A DNA stretch of 26,271 bases from a virus (Duplodnaviria; Caudoviricetes). The stretch covers positions 1 through 26,271 of IMG/VR virus record IMGVR_UViG_3300020043_004032. One strand, 5' to 3'. Within the stretch, counting starts at the first letter, position 1, and each line of letters starts with the position of its first letter. The notes below the pieces were generated by a model. That model was not told where the DNA came from. It saw only the letters and a program-made list of their open reading frames with translations, and did not search any database. Shown piece by piece: positions 25,084 through 26,271 of the stretch. The position numbers and the translations under genes are program-made.

Positions 25084-25232
25084 ATTGGCAGCAATATTTT
25101 GCGCTCTGAGGTGTGGCTTCCATAACCCCGCAAAGCCCCGCTGCTCAAACCCTACGCTCACGCCACACTCGCCAACCCTTCGCAAAATACAGCCGTTGCC
25201 GACACACATGCGAACGCTCACACTCTGCCAAC
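25084..25232 (-). repeat. Hairpin spacer 2 (GTT..AAT)
   Basis: TTGGCAG/CTGCCAA termini, TATTTTGCG (25095-25103)/CGCAAAATA (25181-25189) and GTGTGGC/GCCACAC. GC-rich. Shares GTGTGAGCGT with spacer 1. Confidence 0.75.
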
Positions 25233-25323
25233 AACCGCTATAAACAATGGCCTTAGTTCTGCTCTTCGTGGGACGGTTCATCTGTTAAGTCGGTTTTAAT
25301 AAATAATTTTTCCAGCCGCACGG
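25230..25323 (-). repeat. Cassette-like right arm 2
   Basis: CCGTGCGG border at 25323 and GTT at +91. Pairs with the left arm 25662-25751 through a perfect 20-bp and an 11/12-bp inverted repeat. Confidence 0.85.
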
Positions 25324-25501
25324 TGAAGGGAGGCAATTCCATCCAATTAGTTACATAGTGAAGTTGTTCGCTATGAGTAACCCATTCATTTTTCCAGTAT
25401 TGAGCAACATGGTAAAATACATTACCGTTTTCAATAGTCACTACCAACACATCTCTATTGTTGTTAGGAACAAACTTTTTAACATCAGTCCAGTTTTCCA
25501 T
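25253..25501 (-). CDS. DUF551-like phage protein (cassette payload)
   Basis: MENWTDVKKFVP...DVLV...VTNWMELPP pattern. Start re-assigned to ATG 25501. The last ~23 codons are encoded by the arm. Confidence 0.75.
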   Translation of the reverse strand: MENWTDVKKFVPNNNRDVLVVTIENGNVFYHVAQYWKNEWVTHSEQLHYVTNWMELPPFTVRLEKLFIKTDLTDEPSHEEQN

Positions 25502-25661
25502 AAGGTATGTATTCAAATGATTTAACTTTTGGTTGTTTATCAAGCTGAGCAAGCCAAGTTCCAATTTTACCTCGGTTGTCTTTTACGGGTTTCATCCATT
25601 TTTCTCCATCCCAATACATAACTTTGGTTCCCCCATTTAATTTATAATATCCTTCTTCCAT
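25485..25661 (-). CDS. Hypothetical 58-aa protein (cassette payload; not in ORF track)
   Basis: MEEGYYKLNGGTKVMYWDGEKWMKPVKDNRGKIGTWLAQLDKQPKVKSFEYIPYGKLD*. The ATG directly follows the arm border AGCGCG. Confidence 0.75.
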   Translation of the reverse strand: MEEGYYKLNGGTKVMYWDGEKWMKPVKDNRGKIGTWLAQLDKQPKVKSFEYIPYGKLD

Positions 25662-25751
25662 CGCGCTAAAAATTATTTATTAAAACCTTAGTTTATCATT
25701 CTATTGAAAGTGTGTGCGTTAGTCCGGCCACTGTTTAAACATTCGTCCGTT
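25662..25751 (-). repeat. Cassette-like left arm paired with right arm 2
   Basis: AAAAATTATTTATTAAAACC (25668-25687) is the exact reverse complement of 25292-25311. GGCCACTGTTTA (25726-25737) pairs with TAAACAATGGCC (25241-25252). Confidence 0.85.
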
Positions 25752-25812
25752 GTATGCAAGCCGCCCAAAGTCTTTGCCTTCCAATAAACAGTGTGGGCGG
25801 CCAGCATACAAC
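25749..25812 (-). repeat. Hairpin spacer 3 (GTT..AAC)
   Basis: GTTGTATGCAAGCCGCCCA (25749-25767) pairs with TGGGCGGCCAGCATACAAC (25794-25812), 17/19. Confidence 0.88.
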
Positions 25813-25905
25813 ACTGTGTTTGTGCTATTGAAAAAAGCGTTGAAGATTGCATTTCATAGAAAGTGCAGTGAGCAAAATTAATAACTAAAATCACCCACCG
25901 CACGG
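25810..25905 (-). repeat. Cassette-like right arm 3
   Basis: CCGTGCGGTGGG begins 7 nt after the upstream stop. CACTGCACTTT at +35 and GTT at +93, the same register as arm 1. Confidence 0.8.
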
Positions 25906-25912
25906 TTAAGAG

Positions 25913-26269
25913 TTATTCCTTAGTATGGGTTTCAGTTAGTGATTTGTTAACATTAGGCTGAATCCATCTGTTTTGTGAATCGTAGTATCCGGTTTGTGTT
26001 TCATTATCAAAAACAGTCTTTCTAAATTCGGTATTTCTAACCAAGCCAAGGGCTACACCATTAGCAAATGTGGTTTTATCTTTTTCAGCCTGTAATTGAT
26101 ACTCAAGAGTTTTTACTTTCAAATCACGCTCTTGGATTTCGCAAGCCTTTTCACGGGCTTCAAGTGCAGCATTTCGCTCATCAAACTTTTTGTAGTCCGC
26201 AATTGTGGCTTCCAATTTAGTTACGTATTGGTTACGGTTGCTAAGTTGTTCCTCAAGTTGTTTGATTTT
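25913..26269 (-). CDS. Coiled-coil hypothetical protein (5'-partial; cassette payload)
   Basis: Frame is open to the window edge (KIKQLEEQLSNRNQYVTKLEATIADYKK...). Confidence 0.75.
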   Translation of the reverse strand, partial: KIKQLEEQLSNRNQYVTKLEATIADYKKFDERNAALEAREKACEIQERDLKVKTLEYQLQAEKDKTTFANGVALGLVRNTEFRKTVFDNETQTGYYDSQNRWIQPNVNKSLTETHTKE

Positions 26270-26271
26270 TA

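Larger units (their letters stand above)
1..26271. mobile_element. Tailed phage/prophage segment (siphovirus-like, probable Bacteroidetes host) with packaging, head, tail and lysis modules
   Basis: Canonical order TerS-TerL-portal-protease-capsid-connector-tail-tape measure-fibre-lysis on the minus strand. No tail sheath gene and no host housekeeping genes seen. No att site or integrase in the window. Confidence 0.97.

Noticed and set aside
25084-25232. GC-rich structured stretch as a tRNA or known ncRNA
   Set aside because: No cloverleaf or TTCGA T-loop pattern seen. Better explained as a cassette spacer, although an Rfam search was not possible.
25021-25281. 86-aa ORF in the track (also 25688-25903 and 564-746)
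   Set aside because: These coincide with hairpin spacers and arms, have atypical Cys/Arg-rich composition, and are probably non-coding.
25292-25687. Perfect 20-bp inverted repeat as IS/MITE termini
   Set aside because: No transposase and no evident target-site duplication. The repeat is internal to longer arms bounded by AAC/GTT.
25001-25905. Repeat/spacer alternation as a CRISPR array
   Set aside because: No identical direct repeats of 25-45 nt. Units are diverged inverted repeats enclosing ORFs, and there are no cas genes.
1-26271. Stop-codon reassignment
   Set aside because: Genes are full length under the standard code, and TAA, TAG and TGA all serve as stops at tightly packed junctions.

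Overview
This window is a segment of a tailed dsDNA phage or prophage with siphovirus-type gene content. The host is probably a Bacteroidetes bacterium, inferred from TTTG..TAnnTTTG promoters and Gln at +1 after predicted signal peptides. A minus-strand late region (about 24.5 kb down to 0.7 kb) runs: P22-gp3-like TerS, TerL, portal, three small genes, prohead protease, major capsid, decoration-like protein, connector, tail completion, major tail, gp10-like protein, chaperone, tape measure, two tail-tip proteins, tail fibre, SGNH and alpha/beta hydrolases, two holin candidates, T7-like amidase, and a u-spanin candidate. A 3-gene plus-strand moron interrupts the lysis region. Two things stand out. 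(1) Both window ends carry an integron-cassette-like architecture: short GTT..AAC hairpin spacers alternate with 83-93 nt arms. In the one complete unit the arms are inverted repeats of each other and enclose tightly trimmed ORFs between an AGCG(CG)|ATG border and a CCGTGCGG border. No recombinase is in the window. (2) Five genes in the virion-morphogenesis region encode Sec or lipoprotein signal-like peptides, which is unexpected for cytoplasmically assembled virions. Several short ORFs missed by the ORF track were also found, including a stand-alone copy of the protease N-terminus. All product calls come from motif recognition and synteny, not from database searches.
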